DNA of 48,971 bases, filler included, from Ionaspis alba (GCA_964255285.1; 2 parts of 2 records of this genome joined end to end with filler, not necessarily neighbours in it), one strand, 5' to 3'. Shown: positions 11,205-24,565, numbered from the whole stretch's first letter. Notes: a model not told the origin generated them from the letters alone. Made by a program: numbers and translations.

Positions 11205-12709
11205 GTATATGACATAAGGAGATGGGCGTGTAGGCAATAGATGGGCTACATGGATACTTCGGCGCGGCATCGATCATGGCTGGGAAGCAAGGCGTTCGAA
11301 TGGCGGAACTATGATACCCATTATGTAGTATAGATAGACTTATGGCTCGTGAGTTCCTCAGACGAATGCATCTATTGTTGATGGCAATTTTTTTCCAATT
11401 GCAGCTTCGCTAACTAAGAAATAGAAGAAGCGCATGTTGGCCGGGTTGTTGCAGGAGAAATCACTGAGCTGGAGGAAAGCGATATTGCAGGCGAACATAG
11501 CAAGATGATGAGTGTAAACGGAAGATGAGACAATTAAGAAGGATGTACTGTATTAGGAATTTCAATGCGAAGATAGAGATTGGTCTCCTCGTTATGAACC
11601 GAGACACTGAGGGGTGCTTTTTGTCTATCTTATCCACAACTGAGGTGCCTTTCCTGGTCTACTTATCAGCTTCTTAGTATGTTCATGCAGACTGTTCACG
11701 AACACTTTTGCGTGTAAAGAAGGATACAGAACGGGAGTCAAGGTGCAGAACCTGTTCCCGTATCGTATCAGTGTCTCTCGACTATCCATGAGGCCAGTAA
11801 GATTATTAGCTGCTCTCAAGGGTGTTATCATACGTTTGCAAGGTCTCAGAAGACGGAAACAAGATTATTGAATCGAAATTACCGGCGCTCTGTGCCGTAT
11901 GGTAGCAGCTGCTGTAATTTGTCCCGTGCCACGATGAGGCTTACAGGGCGGCCGATAGTTGACTCGTTTGGGGGGAGGGCATTCGTGAGAAAAAGTGCAG
12001 GAGTAAATTGTGCATCTGAGGTCGGCGTCCACGGGACCATCTACTCCACATCTCTACTCGATCGAGGCCATCTGTTTTAGTGTTCGAGACGGAGAGATCT
12101 GGAAGGGCGGTGGAACGTAGATTGTAGATGAGTTGTTGTGGTAGTTCCTTGGTCGAGGGTCGTTTGTCGGCTGCAGCCGAGTGGGAGCCTGTTGCCCACG
12201 CGAGGATGGCGACCACGCTGTTCCCGTCTGATCTTGCCAAGCAGCGAGCCTGGCCCCCTCTCCTCTCCTCTCCCTCTCTTCTCCCCCGGTGGCCCTTTCC
12301 CGGCTTACCTCCGTGGTAGCGCACTACTACAGTACTACTCACCGAGACAGCTATTGGACGAGAGACCGACTAAGACCATCCTGGCGATAGACTGAGAGAC
12401 AAGAGGGCGAGGGAGATATCGCGCCAAGGATGGCAGGTGAGCGATAGCGGGCAACGGCATCCACTGCAGCTCAATCACTCCAGGTGCTTGACTCCCAAGT
12501 CAAGACCACTACCGCTACATACTACCACTACTACGGATGCATCCGCGGGTCGATTTGCAAGTTACTTTCTGGTCCGGAGTTCTTTCGCTTTTGGTAGTCT
12601 GAGTTCTGTTTATGCGTACTCGATCTCCGCTTCCTCTGATCTCCCTCTATACTCTCCGAGAGCCTCTTCGAGTCCAAAAACACACATCTACGGATCGATA
12701 CATGTCTCG

Positions 12710-15351
12710 ATGGAGACTATCACCATTCCCTCACCCTCCGCCTTTCTCGCTTCTCCAGTCCTGCAACCAACTACCATACTACCCAAGACTGGTCAGAAGC
12801 GAAAGGCGGGACCATCAAGGCCGCTGAAGCAGGCCATGGCCAAGGCGAAGGGACCGGAGGGGGTGGTGAAGCCAAAACAATCCAAGAGTCGAAATGGTAT
12901 GGGAGCATGTAGATCCACCTTTGCTTTTGGAGCAGAAGGGGGACATCCAACCTGCTGAGGAACCTGAATACTTATCGTCACATAGGATGCATAACGTGCA
13001 AGACAAAACGACTCAAATGTGACGAGACGAAACCTACTTGTCTACAGTGCCACAAGAGAAACGTTGAGTGCGGGGGCTACAAGAAGGACTTCAAGTGGAG
13101 ATCGTTTGAGGAGGCAACATTCACCAGCAAGCCGACACCTCAAAGAGCGAGGAAACGTAATCTTACCGCCTTAATCGAATGTCAATGTTGATGTTAACCA
13201 TGTATAGCTTCCATTTCCGCAAAGCCTGAACCAGCAGCTCCTGAGAGTCCAGCTTCTTCATCTGATCTATCAACCTCCACCGTTGGACCTTTTGCTAGAG
13301 TAACTCAGAGTATTCCTCCTACTTCATACACGTCCCTACCACCACAACAACACCAACACAGCCACTCGTACTCTTCAAGCTCAAGCAATGGCTTCGCTGC
13401 CAGCCACCCAATCTATACATCCACGCCAAACCAGTTCGTCATGGACCAGGCAATATACGCTGACAATATAAGCCACACGCCAAGGCCGAACACACTCCAG
13501 ACGCCTTTTGATGATGCAGGGATTGCTCAATGCTCAACAAATACCGCCTCGAGTTTCTCATCTGGCCAATCACCTAGACTGATCGACTTGCTTCTACCCG
13601 GCACCGATCTAAATACACCTCCAGCGGATTACATGGATTTCCGCCCCCAGCAGTCGGATGTGCCATATCAGCCTGGAGGCTATCAGCCCATTAAAGAGGA
13701 GGATATAGAATTGGAAGACGATGTAGAGGAGATCATCCGAGAGCCGGACCCAGCTGCAGAAGCATGGATCATGCGTCTTCCTTCGCCTACGCCATCTTCA
13801 CACTCCTCGTCTTCGTCGGGAGACAGTCTCCGCTCCGATGCTTTAAATTATCTCTATAAACAACCAAGATTGCATCATGGTAGTCCCGAAATGCTAGCGT
13901 TGGGGTTTGATAAGCAGACTTGTGGCATTCTATCCGTCAAAGATGGCCCTACGGAGAATCCTTGGAGGACACTGGTCTGGCCGCTGGCACGAGACTCACC
14001 TGCCCTTTATCATGCCATAAGCTCAATGACAGCCTTTCATACGTCGAAGATTAGACCGGAGATGAAAGTAGAAGGTATGGAACATATGAGGCAGAGCGTG
14101 CTGCATCTGGCAAGAGGCCTTGGCACCATGAGAGTCGATACGGCGTTGGCAACGACTCTCGTCCTGGCGTTTTCCGAATCTTGGGATGTCCATGTATCAT
14201 CAGGTATCGAACACCTCCGTGGAGCTAAAGTTCTGGTCAACCAAGCCCTCACCCGCCATCGCCAAACAAACCTCAATACCGATGATCTGGTCCGCTTGAA
14301 GTTCCTCTGCAATACATGGGTCTACATGGATGTAATCGCCCGACTGACGAATGTTGAGGATGATGACAACGAAGCCGATATCAATCTATGGCCCTCTTTT
14401 GATACTTTTGGATCAGGCACGGAAATTGACCCACTGATGGGTTGTGCCAGTACTCTCTTCCCCCTCATCGGCCGTGTGGCCAACCTCGTTCGTCGAGTCC
14501 GCAAAACAGCATCCAACAGCATCAATATCATCTCGCAAGCCAAGGAACTCAAGCTTCTGGTCGAAAACTGGCAGCCTCCCGCGTTCTTCGAACCGCCCGA
14601 GGACCCCGATTCCGACATCCAAGACTCTCTTCAGACAGCTGAAGCATACCGTTGGGCTACTCTGCTCTATCTCCATCAAGCTGTTCCTGAAATCCCTTCA
14701 CTATCATCAGCCGATCTAGCCAAGAAAGTGCTCGTTTTCCTCGCTACCGTTCCCCCTTCCTCTCGCGCTATCATCGTCCATATATACCCCCTCCTCGCTG
14801 CTGGCTGCGAAGCAACAACCGCGGAGGATCGGGGCTGGGTCGAAGACCGCTGGACCACCATGTCCCAACGCATGCTCATTGGCAATATTGACCGGTGTCT
14901 CGAAGTCGTCAAGGAGGTCTGGGCCCGTCGAGATGCCGATGTGAACTCCAAGTTGCAGCAACAAGCTCAACGGCGTGCCGCTGTCTCGAAAGCTGGATCG
15001 GCTTATACGTCACCCGTGTTGACCATGAAGCGAGCCTTCAGTGCTGAATCGCCTACCGACCAGCAATTCTTCGACTGGGCGGACTCTCTTAGTGGTGGGG
15101 GAAAGAGGAGGGCGACAATGCAGGTGGGCATGAGTGGACCTGTGTCTGTTCCGGTTCGGGCTGCAACGACCGGCGTGAGGTTGACGACTTTGGAGGCAGA
15201 AGGTGATGATGCCGATTTCGAGAGGACGGTTAGAGGGAGACTGCATTGGGTTGGTGTTATGAAGGATTGGGAGTGGGAAGGTATGTCTCCTTTACCTTTC
15301 GAGCTGAGAATTATCAGTTTGGGCTGACTTTTGCTAGTCCTTCTTGGATGA
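12710..15351 (+). CDS. acr-2: Zn(II)2Cys6 transcription factor with Fungal_trans_2 domain, ACR-2-like, ~814 aa
   Basis: Exons 12710-12896, 12986-13156, 13208-15280, 15338-15351. Spliced cluster SRNGCITCKTKRLKCDETKPTCLQCHKRNVECGGY; S/T-rich linker; SVKDGPTENPWR, YMDVIARLT, IDPLMGC; C-terminus HWVGVMKDWEWEVLLG. Confidence 0.85.
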
Positions 15352-18000
15352 TGAAACCTGAAGCAGCCGGACCAAGGGATTCACTACCTCTAGTCGTAGC
15401 TTCACTCCCGACTATTAGGACTCATCGGCTACGACTAGCTTCGTGTCCATCCGAAAGCCCTCGTGTCGCGTTCGATGTTCCTGCTATCTTGCGTGCATAG
15501 CATCCCCAGCTGGTGCTAGACCCCGGTAGCATTTTACGCTGAGCCGCAAGCGGACCATTGATAGAGTCGACGGCTTCTTCTATCTGGACTCCACAGGCGG
15601 CCGAGCCTACTTGTCAAGGCTCTGTCCAAAGTCTCCTCGTTCGCAGTCGAAGGACATTGCAGAAAAGTCATTTGATACTGCTTCTCGGCGCTCTTTTTCG
15701 CAGGTGTCGTATATTCTCGACCCATAGCACTCTTTTGTGTCTTTTCATTGGTTGTTCTAGCATGGCGTTGGTGTGGCTTCGGTAACGGTGTCGGTTCCGA
15801 CCAATTCCAGTGGCCCCTCTGGTGGCTCCATTTGGTTGGAGTGGCCGAACGAGGAGTGAATACAGGGGGGTTTTATTATGGTTGCAGGTCGATGGGATGT
15901 TCAGGCAAGGAGTATATCTTCTGGCTGGTGCTAGAAGGGGACCAGTTACAGTTGTGATTCTGGCGTTGTAGAGGTCAACGTGGTCGGAGCAGGTGCATCC
16001 GAAGTGAGCAGAAGTATCACGGCCTTCGTCTCCGCCGCGGACAAGACAGGAGTATATATTGACTTTGTGATGTGGAAAGAAGGATTCTTAGCACTACATA
16101 TAACATGTCTCAAGCAAAGCGGCACAAAGCTTTCCCCACAAATACAATCTCCTTGTGCCTTGCATCTATTGCTACGCTCTACCCAGCAAGGTACGCGTAT
16201 CCCCAACCCGTGCCATTGGCATGCAGAGTTGATCCCTTCCAACCACTACATGTGGAATTAGTTTGACCGCTTAGGGCAAAAACCTCCCACTACCCTTGAC
16301 TAGCACATAGTCTATGGTGTTCGCGTTCCAACCGTGCTTAACAATTCGAACCGAGTATTGAATGCAGAGTTAGGGGTTGGTTGTCTCCTTGTGGAGAGAC
16401 GCAGACTCCGATCACGTGGACTCGAACTGTTAGAAAGGAAGGGGTACGCTTGACTGGATTAGGGTCTGTTTTCCGGTATCTTTGAGTTGCCTGCACGCAC
16501 GCGGAACGCCTCAAATCTCTCAGACCTTTCCATATTGAATATATACCCCAGCTGGAACACAAACGCCAGAGTTTTAGCGGACCTCCAGGCGCTGCGCGAA
16601 AATCACCTTGCCATATGTTGTGTTCTCACGACCTACATATACGACGGCAAAGCAAAGAGAAATGCAACGGACATCATGCCAATTTCTATACCGAGAACCT
16701 GTCTGTGGTTTGTCGAGCCTCTTCTCCCTTTATATATGCTCTCATATGATCTTGTCTATGATGTGACATGGCACGATGGCCATGAAGATCTACGTACTAA
16801 AAGCGCACTTCTTATGGATGATTAGACTGGCTCTGTCTCATTGACAACACTTTTGTCGTGTTCACCGGATGCCATGTGCCTGACTTTTACGGCGTAGTAA
16901 CGCGAGGCAATTAACGATATAGAGTCCAGGAGACGCTGTTACGGTCGATCTGGTCTTCTAGCGGAAGAAGCTAGAATAACTTCTATACTAGCTGAATCGA
17001 TAGCCCACAACGAAGGATGTCGTTCTTGGAAAACGAGAACTAAAGAAATACAACCTCCCTGATCAGGATAGCCTCGACTCGGTATTGGGAAGGCTCTCGA
17101 GCCACTTGAACGACGAGTAATGGAAGCTGGCATTGAAATTTCACCTCGGTAGTCGGCTTGTTGATGATGGTCAAGATCAAGAACGGCCCAAGTGGTGGAA
17201 GATGCTCTTGCTCTGGCGCCGGTGAGCATTCCTGGCAACAGGCAATTGAAGGAGTTCAAGGCACGCCCGGCGTGGAGGTGGTGGGATATCATAGGCACTA
17301 TTCGAGGCAATAGTTCTGGTTGAAATACGGGTGGCTAGCAATAGAGGTATTTGGTTGGCAATCTTGTATAGGTATAAGGTAATTGGAAGTGGTAGATAGT
17401 AGAGAATTGTCTTCAATTGGTTGTCCCTCGATATATTTGTCTTGCAGTGGCAGTTTCCAACAATGGCACCGGCCATGTTAGATTGGCAAAAGCAGAGGGA
17501 TGTGGCTACTGCACGTGGAGATGCAGAGGGTTAGGGTACAAGAACGTGAGGATCCATAATAGGAGCCGACTTCCAGAAGAGCCGAATCATGACCGGAAAC
17601 GGAGCGAGTATCCAGATTTGATACCCTGGAACTACGTACTGGACAGAATTCATGGGGACAGCAAATGCCAACGCTAAGGTGGGGTTGGTGTAGTGGGGGT
17701 TGTGGAGCCTCATTGGAGTAGCTTCAAGGAATGGCAGTGGTGATATACTGACGATTCTGTCACTCATCCTTTTGCCTTCCCTCCTGCACAGATACAGTCT
17801 GGTACGGAGTATATCTTGAACACAAGCGTCAAGCTATTAATTGAACTCGTACCGATTAATACGTTTGTCTTCCATACTTGTATCCAGGTATTTTCTGCAC
17901 TTGCTCCGTTCTTTACTAGATTACTCACTTCCATCTGTGATTGTTTTGTATGCTTACACGTGAAGTTACCAAGTCTCAAATACACATTTCTTCTCCCAAC

Positions 18001-18579
18001 ATGTCCTCCACGCCCGCGTTCCGCCATTACGCCAAAGCCCAGACCAACTTCAAACCCCCGGAGATCGCCAACGGCAATGCCTTCCTTGGTGATGTCTTCT
18101 CTAAGTACATCCATCCCCCAACCTCGGCCACCGATTCTCTCCCTGCACATTTCCGCGCAAATCCCGCTAACAAATTGCCTCTAGCGACAAAATCGAGCCC
18201 CAATCGCCCATCTCCTGCGGGTTCTACCGCCTTGAGCCAGGCGCGCCGCTCGACTATACCTACACATACCATGAGATGAAGATTATCTTGGAGGGCGACT
18301 TCACGATCAGTGATGAGACGGGACAGAAAGTCACTTGTGGACCGGGGGATGTGCTGAATTTCCCGAAGGGCAGCAAAATTAGATTCACTACTGAGAAGGG
18401 CGGGTTGGCCTTCTATACTGGACAGGTACGTCGTTTACATTTCCGCTCCTGGCCATCCCTACGAGGAGGAGCAGTCGACGGATCGTGGCAGATGGAGCGG
18501 AGTCTGAGGGAAAGCTTGGAGACTATGATCAAAGTTTATTGCTGACATTTTGTACTAGAGAGCGGAAGGTGCTGCGTAA
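18001..18579 (+). CDS. EutQ-like cupin (cupin_3), ~121 aa
   Basis: Exons 18001-18104, 18185-18425, 18559-18579. Spliced NAFLGDVFS...PISCGFYRLEPGAPLDYTYTYHEMKIILEG...GPGDVLNFPKGSKIRF is the fungal EutQ-type cupin pattern. Confidence 0.85.
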
Positions 18580-18693
18580 GTAGGAAGTGATAGTTGATGG
18601 ATCACAGAGCATATCCTGGAAGGCTACAGATGCCAGGAAATAGAGAACGCAAGGCTTAGCTCTACTCAAACGACTTCCAACTAACGGGTAACT

Positions 18694-18903
18694 CATACTG
18701 AGTCCTTGTGGCCGGCTATCATACCTTGCTTCGATTCCGTAGCTCGTGNNNNNNNNNNNNNNNNNNNNNNNNNNNNNNNNNNNNNNNNNNNNNNNNNNNN
18801 NNNNNNNNNNNNNNNNNNNNNNNNNNNNNNNNNNNNNNNNNNNNNNNNCATACTGAGTCCTTGTGGCCGGCTATCATACCTTGCTTCGATTCCGTAGCTC
18901 GTG
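18694..18903. other. Assembly gap (100 N) flanked by an exact 55-nt duplication
   Basis: 18694-18748 is identical to 18849-18903; N run 18749-18848. Confidence 0.95.
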
Positions 18904-19340
18904 CCCGTTCAAGAGTTCTCTTACTTCTCATTCCACTTCCTTCTTTCCAGCCCTAACTACGCTTGCCATCATTTATTAGCCGCAGCTCCTCCGCGTCAAT
19001 CTATGAGGATTGCTTGCCACGATTGAATCGCGACGGAGCATTGAGTCGGACTAGGAATGAACATCCACTATGGTACTGAGCTATGTAGGCTGTAGTGAAA
19101 TCTTGTCAGTTGCACGTTCAATAACAACTTTCACGAGATAGAGACCATCACTGACGGAAGCAATGAACCTCTGGAATAGCTGCAGATCAAAGTATATGCA
19201 CTGAAGAAAATTATTCGCTCGAATTCTACATTAAATATTTGGTAATGTTACACTGACGGGCAGCTGGTTCAATCGCAATGGAACTCCGAAGTAATTGGGA
19301 CTGTTGAGGTTGGCAAATTCGACCACGGTGGGACCATCGG

Positions 19341-20647
19341 TCATGGTGGTGGAAAGCGACAAGAATCACCAAAGCAAAGGCAGTAACGATGCTCCCAGTA
19401 CCCGTCGCCATAGTCCAATGTTAGTTCCTCAAAAGCTCCAATGTCTCTGTCGGCTATAATCATAATACGTAGCCTCGGTCCTAGAGTCATCGATTCCGAC
19501 GTCAAGCAGGGATTGCATGCATGATTGAGAAACCGAGTCCAGTTTCCAAACTGCTGCGAGCTGATATCCGCAAGCACTAGATCTCCAGGAGCATTGCGTG
19601 GACTGACATCAAGGCCGAAACCATAGTCTTCGTCATAGGTGAAATCGTTGCCATACGCCGCGCCTGTTGGTATGATCTCTCCAACATATTCCTCTAAGAT
19701 AGCGCCTTTTCTGATATCCTGAAGGGTGCGGATGCCGACCCCCTTTCCTCCATAATGGCGTAGTTCAACCAATGGCCGTACGACTACCTGACAAGACAAT
19801 GGGTCACAGTCACAAAATCTTCTCGATCCACAGTTGATACATTTCTGGCCCATAGTCCGTATGGTAGGATCGCAAGGGTACTTCCACTCCTCAGGCCATA
19901 CTTTTGGTCTTGGATGTATCGGGCGACTAAACATGTCACCTCTGTAGATATTGCTAGGTATGTTAATCATGTCCCGACCCTTGTAGCTCGGGATTAGTAG
20001 AACACCACTATCGTTCGGCACGACTCTGGTATGGGGATGTTCCTCTGGAACAGGTCCTAGGCTTTCACGCACAAGATCTGGACGTTTCTCGAGGCTCCTC
20101 TGAAATTCCCGATCAATGCACAACAGGTTCATCCAATTGAGCCCTCTCGACTTTGCGAAGTACTCGATACTCTCGAAATTTGATCGGATTCTACCCAACA
20201 TGCCTTCGAATTCGTGCTGACTAGCCCTTGTGCAGACTATGCGGAACTCGTTAGAGAATGACAACATACAAAGCATCATTAAGCTATCTTCAGCAACTTC
20301 GGTATACCGCTCAAGAACTTTATGATTGGCGTTATTGATCCGTCGATTTTCCTGTGGTAGCGCGGCAAGAATCTGAGGCGGGGCGTTGTTTCGAAACCCA
20401 CGGGCTGCACGGACATAAGCTGGGTCAATGATTAGTTTCTATGAGAATTCGGAATAGGGTCATGAAATGGCTTACCTATAGGTACGATTACTGGTTCTCC
20501 TCGAGGGTCTAGCTTCCGAGAGTTATATTCAATTTTGTTCAAGTACCCGCTTGCCGCTTCGTGAAGCTCTCGATATATCTGTGCCATTATCATGTCAATA
20601 TTACGACCCTCTCCGGGGAGTTTGATGTGGGAAAAGTTGTAAGGCAT
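19341..20647 (-). CDS. SET-domain protein (putative lysine methyltransferase) with unrecognised N-terminus, ~416 aa
   Basis: Exons 20647-20476 and 20419-19341 (GTAAG..CTAAT..CAG intron, in frame). Motifs GKGVGIRTLQDI, EEYVGE, GNWTRFLNHACNP, EELTLDYG, post-SET CLCFGDSCR, and an upstream CxxC-x5-CxC. Confidence 0.85.
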
Positions 20648-21570
20648 CTTGCAAAGCGAGCTCCGGTCGAATCCTCTTGCTTAAGGTAAACGTCCCGAGA
20701 TGTTGTCTGGTGTCCAAGACGGTCCAAACTCAACAAGACTATTGGCACTGTGCAAGAAAGAAAAGGATTATGCTGGTAAGAAAACATCCAACCTGTATTG
20801 CAATTCGGTGCTAAAAAGCATTGGTTCAAGGGGCAATTGTACGTTATAACACAACTCCGCTCGAAAGGACCACCGGACAGGGCATATCTGGCGAAACAAG
20901 AAGGCCGCAACAGGTAAGAGGAGAGATTCGAGCATCGGTCAAAACCCATGATAGGCATGAAGACCCGAGAATGACGGTAAAAGGACAAAGACTGGCGAGG
21001 AAATCCAGCTCGAGAATAAAGACAGAATATAGAAAGTTGATAAAGAGACGATACAGCTAAACAACAAAGAAGGAAACGCTGACTCGATGGCAGCTAAGCA
21101 AGAAAGGCAGGTTTGAGATATCGAGTTCACGAAATTGGCACTTCGACTTGCGATAGATGCAAGATTGCCGGGAGATACTAAGCTCATGAGGCCACCAATT
21201 TGGTAGCATTTCTCTGCATTGGCGCCGCGACCTGAACCTGCTGGCATTGTGTGAGCACTGGTGCTAGTACCGAGTGCAGCCATGGTGATTTCCTTTGCGT
21301 AGGATAGTAAGAGGCTCGTATAAGAAGGGGTATAGAAGTGGCGCGTCGGCGGACCGGAAAAACCATTCAGCCCTAATACCCACGTTCATCAAGTGCTGAG
21401 ATGGTGGGGTTTCAGCAAGAATAACTAGGAGTCGCTCCTGAAGCTTGTACCGACTCAATATTTTCCATTGACATCTGCAGACTCTCTGGCAATGCTTTCT
21501 ATCATGCAGTGAAATCAATTGCAGGCGCTGATAGCTTTCAAGTGGAAATAGACTGTGCAATTCCTTGTTC

Positions 21571-21576
21571 CCTCGG
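21571..21576 (+). promoter_or_regulatory. CCTCGG FarA/FarB core site immediately upstream of the methylcitrate dehydratase ATG
   Basis: Exact hexamer ending 8 nt before ATG 21584. Function is inferred; a hexamer can occur by chance. Confidence 0.35.
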
Positions 21577-21583
21577 TCAAACT

Positions 21584-23434
21584 ATGTCCTCCCTTACAAA
21601 AGTATTCAGTCGCGGAGCTTCGGAAACCCTGAGAAGATCGAGGTACACGAATCGAGGATTGCTATATCAAGCTGCTGCGAGACCGGTGCAGCGTTCTTCT
21701 CGCAGAAAAGTGCTGCCCACTATGGCTACCTTTTCAACAACACCCACCGTCAAGAGCACAAGCTCTGGAGCTGTAGTAGCAGTCCCACGAGAATATGATC
21801 CGGAGATCCAGGACATGGCTAAATACATCCACAATTACAAAGTTGAATCCGACCTTGCTGTAAGTTTGCTCGTGCCAGACACAACTGCCGGGCTTTTCTC
21901 TAATGCCATTGCTCTGAACAGTTCGATACAGCACGATACATCCTTCTTGACACAATCGGGTGCGGACTCGAAGCATTACGGTTCAAGGAATGTACCAAGC
22001 TCCTTGGACCTATAGTAGAAGGCACAATCGTGCCCAATGGCACTCGTGTGCCTGGAACTCCATACATCTTGGATCCGGTCAATGGAGCATTCAATATCGG
22101 TGCCATGATCCGATGGCTCGATTACAACGATTGTTGGTTAGCCGCTGAATGGGGCCATCCGTCAGACAATCTGGGAGGGATAATAGCCGTGGCCGATTGG
22201 GTTTCTAGAACAAATCGAGCTGGTGGTAAAGTGGGAAATGGAACGGTTATAAAGATCAAGGATATATTGGAAGCCATGATCAAGGCACATGAGATTCAAG
22301 GATGTTTGGCGTTGGAGAACTCATTTAACAAAGTCGGGCTCGACCATGTACTTCTAGTAAAGGTTGCCACCGCTGCTGTGGTCTCAAAGATGCTTGGATT
22401 ATCGGAGAGACAAACTGCCGATTCCATCTCGCAAGCCTTTGTTGACGGACAAAGCATGCGAACATATCGGCATTCTCCCAACACCATGTCAAGGAAATCT
22501 TGGGCTGCCGGAGATGCCTGTCAACGAGCAGTTAATCTGGTACTCAAGGTACAGCGAGGTGAACCTGGGGTACCAACTGTGCTGTCTGCACCGGTGTGGG
22601 GGTTCTATGATGTACTCTTTAAAGGCAAGAAGTTTGAGTTTCAAAGGCCATATGGGAGCTATGTAATGGAGAACGTTCTGTTCAAGGTGTCCTATCCAGG
22701 TCTGTCATTTCCCGAATCCTAGTTTTTCACATCCTGACTCGTCTTTTCAGCCGAATTCCATTCACAAACGGCCATCGAGGCTGCAAAGCATATCCATGCT
22801 GAGCTCAAGGAGCGAGGGAAGTCTGCCAAAGATATCAAGGATATTACGATTCGGACCCACGAAGCTTGTGTACGCATTATCGATAAACAATTCAAGCCAA
22901 TGGACAACTTTGCCGATCGAGATCACTGCATCCAAGTAAGCATTGTGGACTGCCCTCTATCCCTCCAACAACCTGGTTTGGGCTGTAATGCTGATTGTGC
23001 CTTCACAGTACATGGTAGCCACAATGCTCGTCTTCAATCGCCTCCTTGCGACGGACTACACCGATGGCTCTGAAGCTGCCACCTCCCCTCTCGTCGAATC
23101 ACTCCGCACCCGCATCAAATGTGTCGAGGACCCTCAATTCACAAAAGACTACCATGAAGCTAGCCTTCGCTCAATACCAAACGCCCTCACTGTCACTCTG
23201 AATGACGGCACCGTTCTTAAGGAGAAGGTCGTGGAGGCACCGTTGGGTCACAGACTAAGAAGAGAGGAGGCAAAACCCGAGATTCTCAAAAAGTACCAGA
23301 GACATTTGGGGCCGCACTTTGTGGAGGAGAAGGTCAAGAAGTTGGTGGATCTGGGGAACGATGCCAAGAGGTTGGAGAATATGGCTGTGGACGAGTATAT
23401 GGATCTGTACGTCAAGGAGAAGATGGATTGGTGA
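21584..23434 (+). CDS. prpD: 2-methylcitrate dehydratase (MmgE/PrpD), mitochondrial, ~554 aa
   Basis: Exons 21584-21859, 21922-22699, 22751-22935, 23009-23434. Motifs [56 protein letters not shown]; Arg/Ser-rich N-terminal presequence. Confidence 0.96.
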
Positions 23435-23899
23435 GATGCTTGATAGGTTTGTATATATTCACAGGTCAAGATCGAGAGGTTTCCTCTGCCCAAGTTCATC
23501 TTTGATCACTCATCTTGAAAAGCACGATGAAGTGTGAAGCATGCCGCATGTAAGAATGAAAGGAAGCTCTTTTCACCCAACGACCAGGAGTCTCAACATT
23601 GAAGACTTGATTATTGAAGTCGCGGACTGATCTGCATAGACAGCTTTGGTAGCTACTAGACTCCGTTGAGAGGCTTCAGGTCTGGCCAGCGGCCAATCTC
23701 ACAAGAACGGTGTGTTACTCCTTAGTATTCGCGCCCTCATGTGAGGTTTATCGCTGTTCTGAGTCTATGGATTTCTGTCTAAATTGCCGAAAGCCTTGCT
23801 CGTCTACCCACGGCGGTCTCGAAAGCAAAACTGTTAAAGCTTTCTCGCCAAAAGTACCGCCATCGTCAAGTCGTGATTTCCTAAGCGTGGTTCCCTTGT

Positions 23900-24560
23900 C
23901 TAGAGCTTTGCGAGGACCGAGTCGGCACTGGAGACCTAAACTTTGACATTAGATTTGATTTCCATGATAACAGATGGCTCTCCCCAACGACGAGTCCAGT
24001 CTGATAGGTAGGCATGTACCGTGACATCTCCACCTGGTTCCTTCTCCGCATAGATGATCTTCCCATGATCGATCACCATCGCGAACCTTGCCACTCTCTC
24101 CCCTTTGTTCCAGCCAATACTGTTTGCGAAACCCATATCTGTCAGGAATAGCTATGTCACGATTAACAGCGTGCTTTGACATTTGCAGGAGACGAGTTGA
24201 CCGACAATGTCATCGTTCTTGATGCCATTAGCCTTACTCCAGGCGCTCATCACGAATGCATCGTTGTATGCCACCACGGCAACTATATCCACGCCTTTGC
24301 TCTTGATCTTGTCTAGGTTCTGGATGTAGCCAGGGAGATGCTTAACGGAGCAGCCAGGTGTGAAAGCACCTGAAGTCGTCCACTGTCAGCATTGTTATGC
24401 CCTCGATCTTCAGCGATGATGAGAGCACGAGCTGATATAGAGCATACCTGGTACGCCGAACAAGACCACTTTCTTGCTTGCAAACTCCTTGCTGGCGTTG
24501 TAATTCTGGGGCATCCCGCATGAGGTGATACCGCTCGACTCTTCTGTATAGGGTACATAA
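23900..24560 (-). CDS. pmp20: Peroxisomal peroxiredoxin (Prx5 / Asp f3 / Pmp20 / Ahp1 type), 5' end lost in gap
   Basis: Exons 24560-24448, 24369-24206, 24151-24020, 23935-23900. Translation [52 protein letters not shown]...NDAFVMSAW...[11 protein letters not shown]; the C-terminal AKL is a PTS1. Confidence 0.92.
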
Positions 24561-24565
24561 CTATC

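Noticed and set aside
16330..16400. GGTTCGAAT on the minus strand suggesting a tRNA T-loop
   Set aside because: The flanks do not form a T-stem or cloverleaf.
16300..17900. Short ORFs in the long acr-2/cupin intergenic region
   Set aside because: No recognisable homology or consistent exon chain; a decayed gene cannot be excluded without a search.
20700..21560. ORFs of 60-130 aa between the SET gene and prpD
   Set aside because: No motifs; consistent with divergent promoter and UTR sequence.
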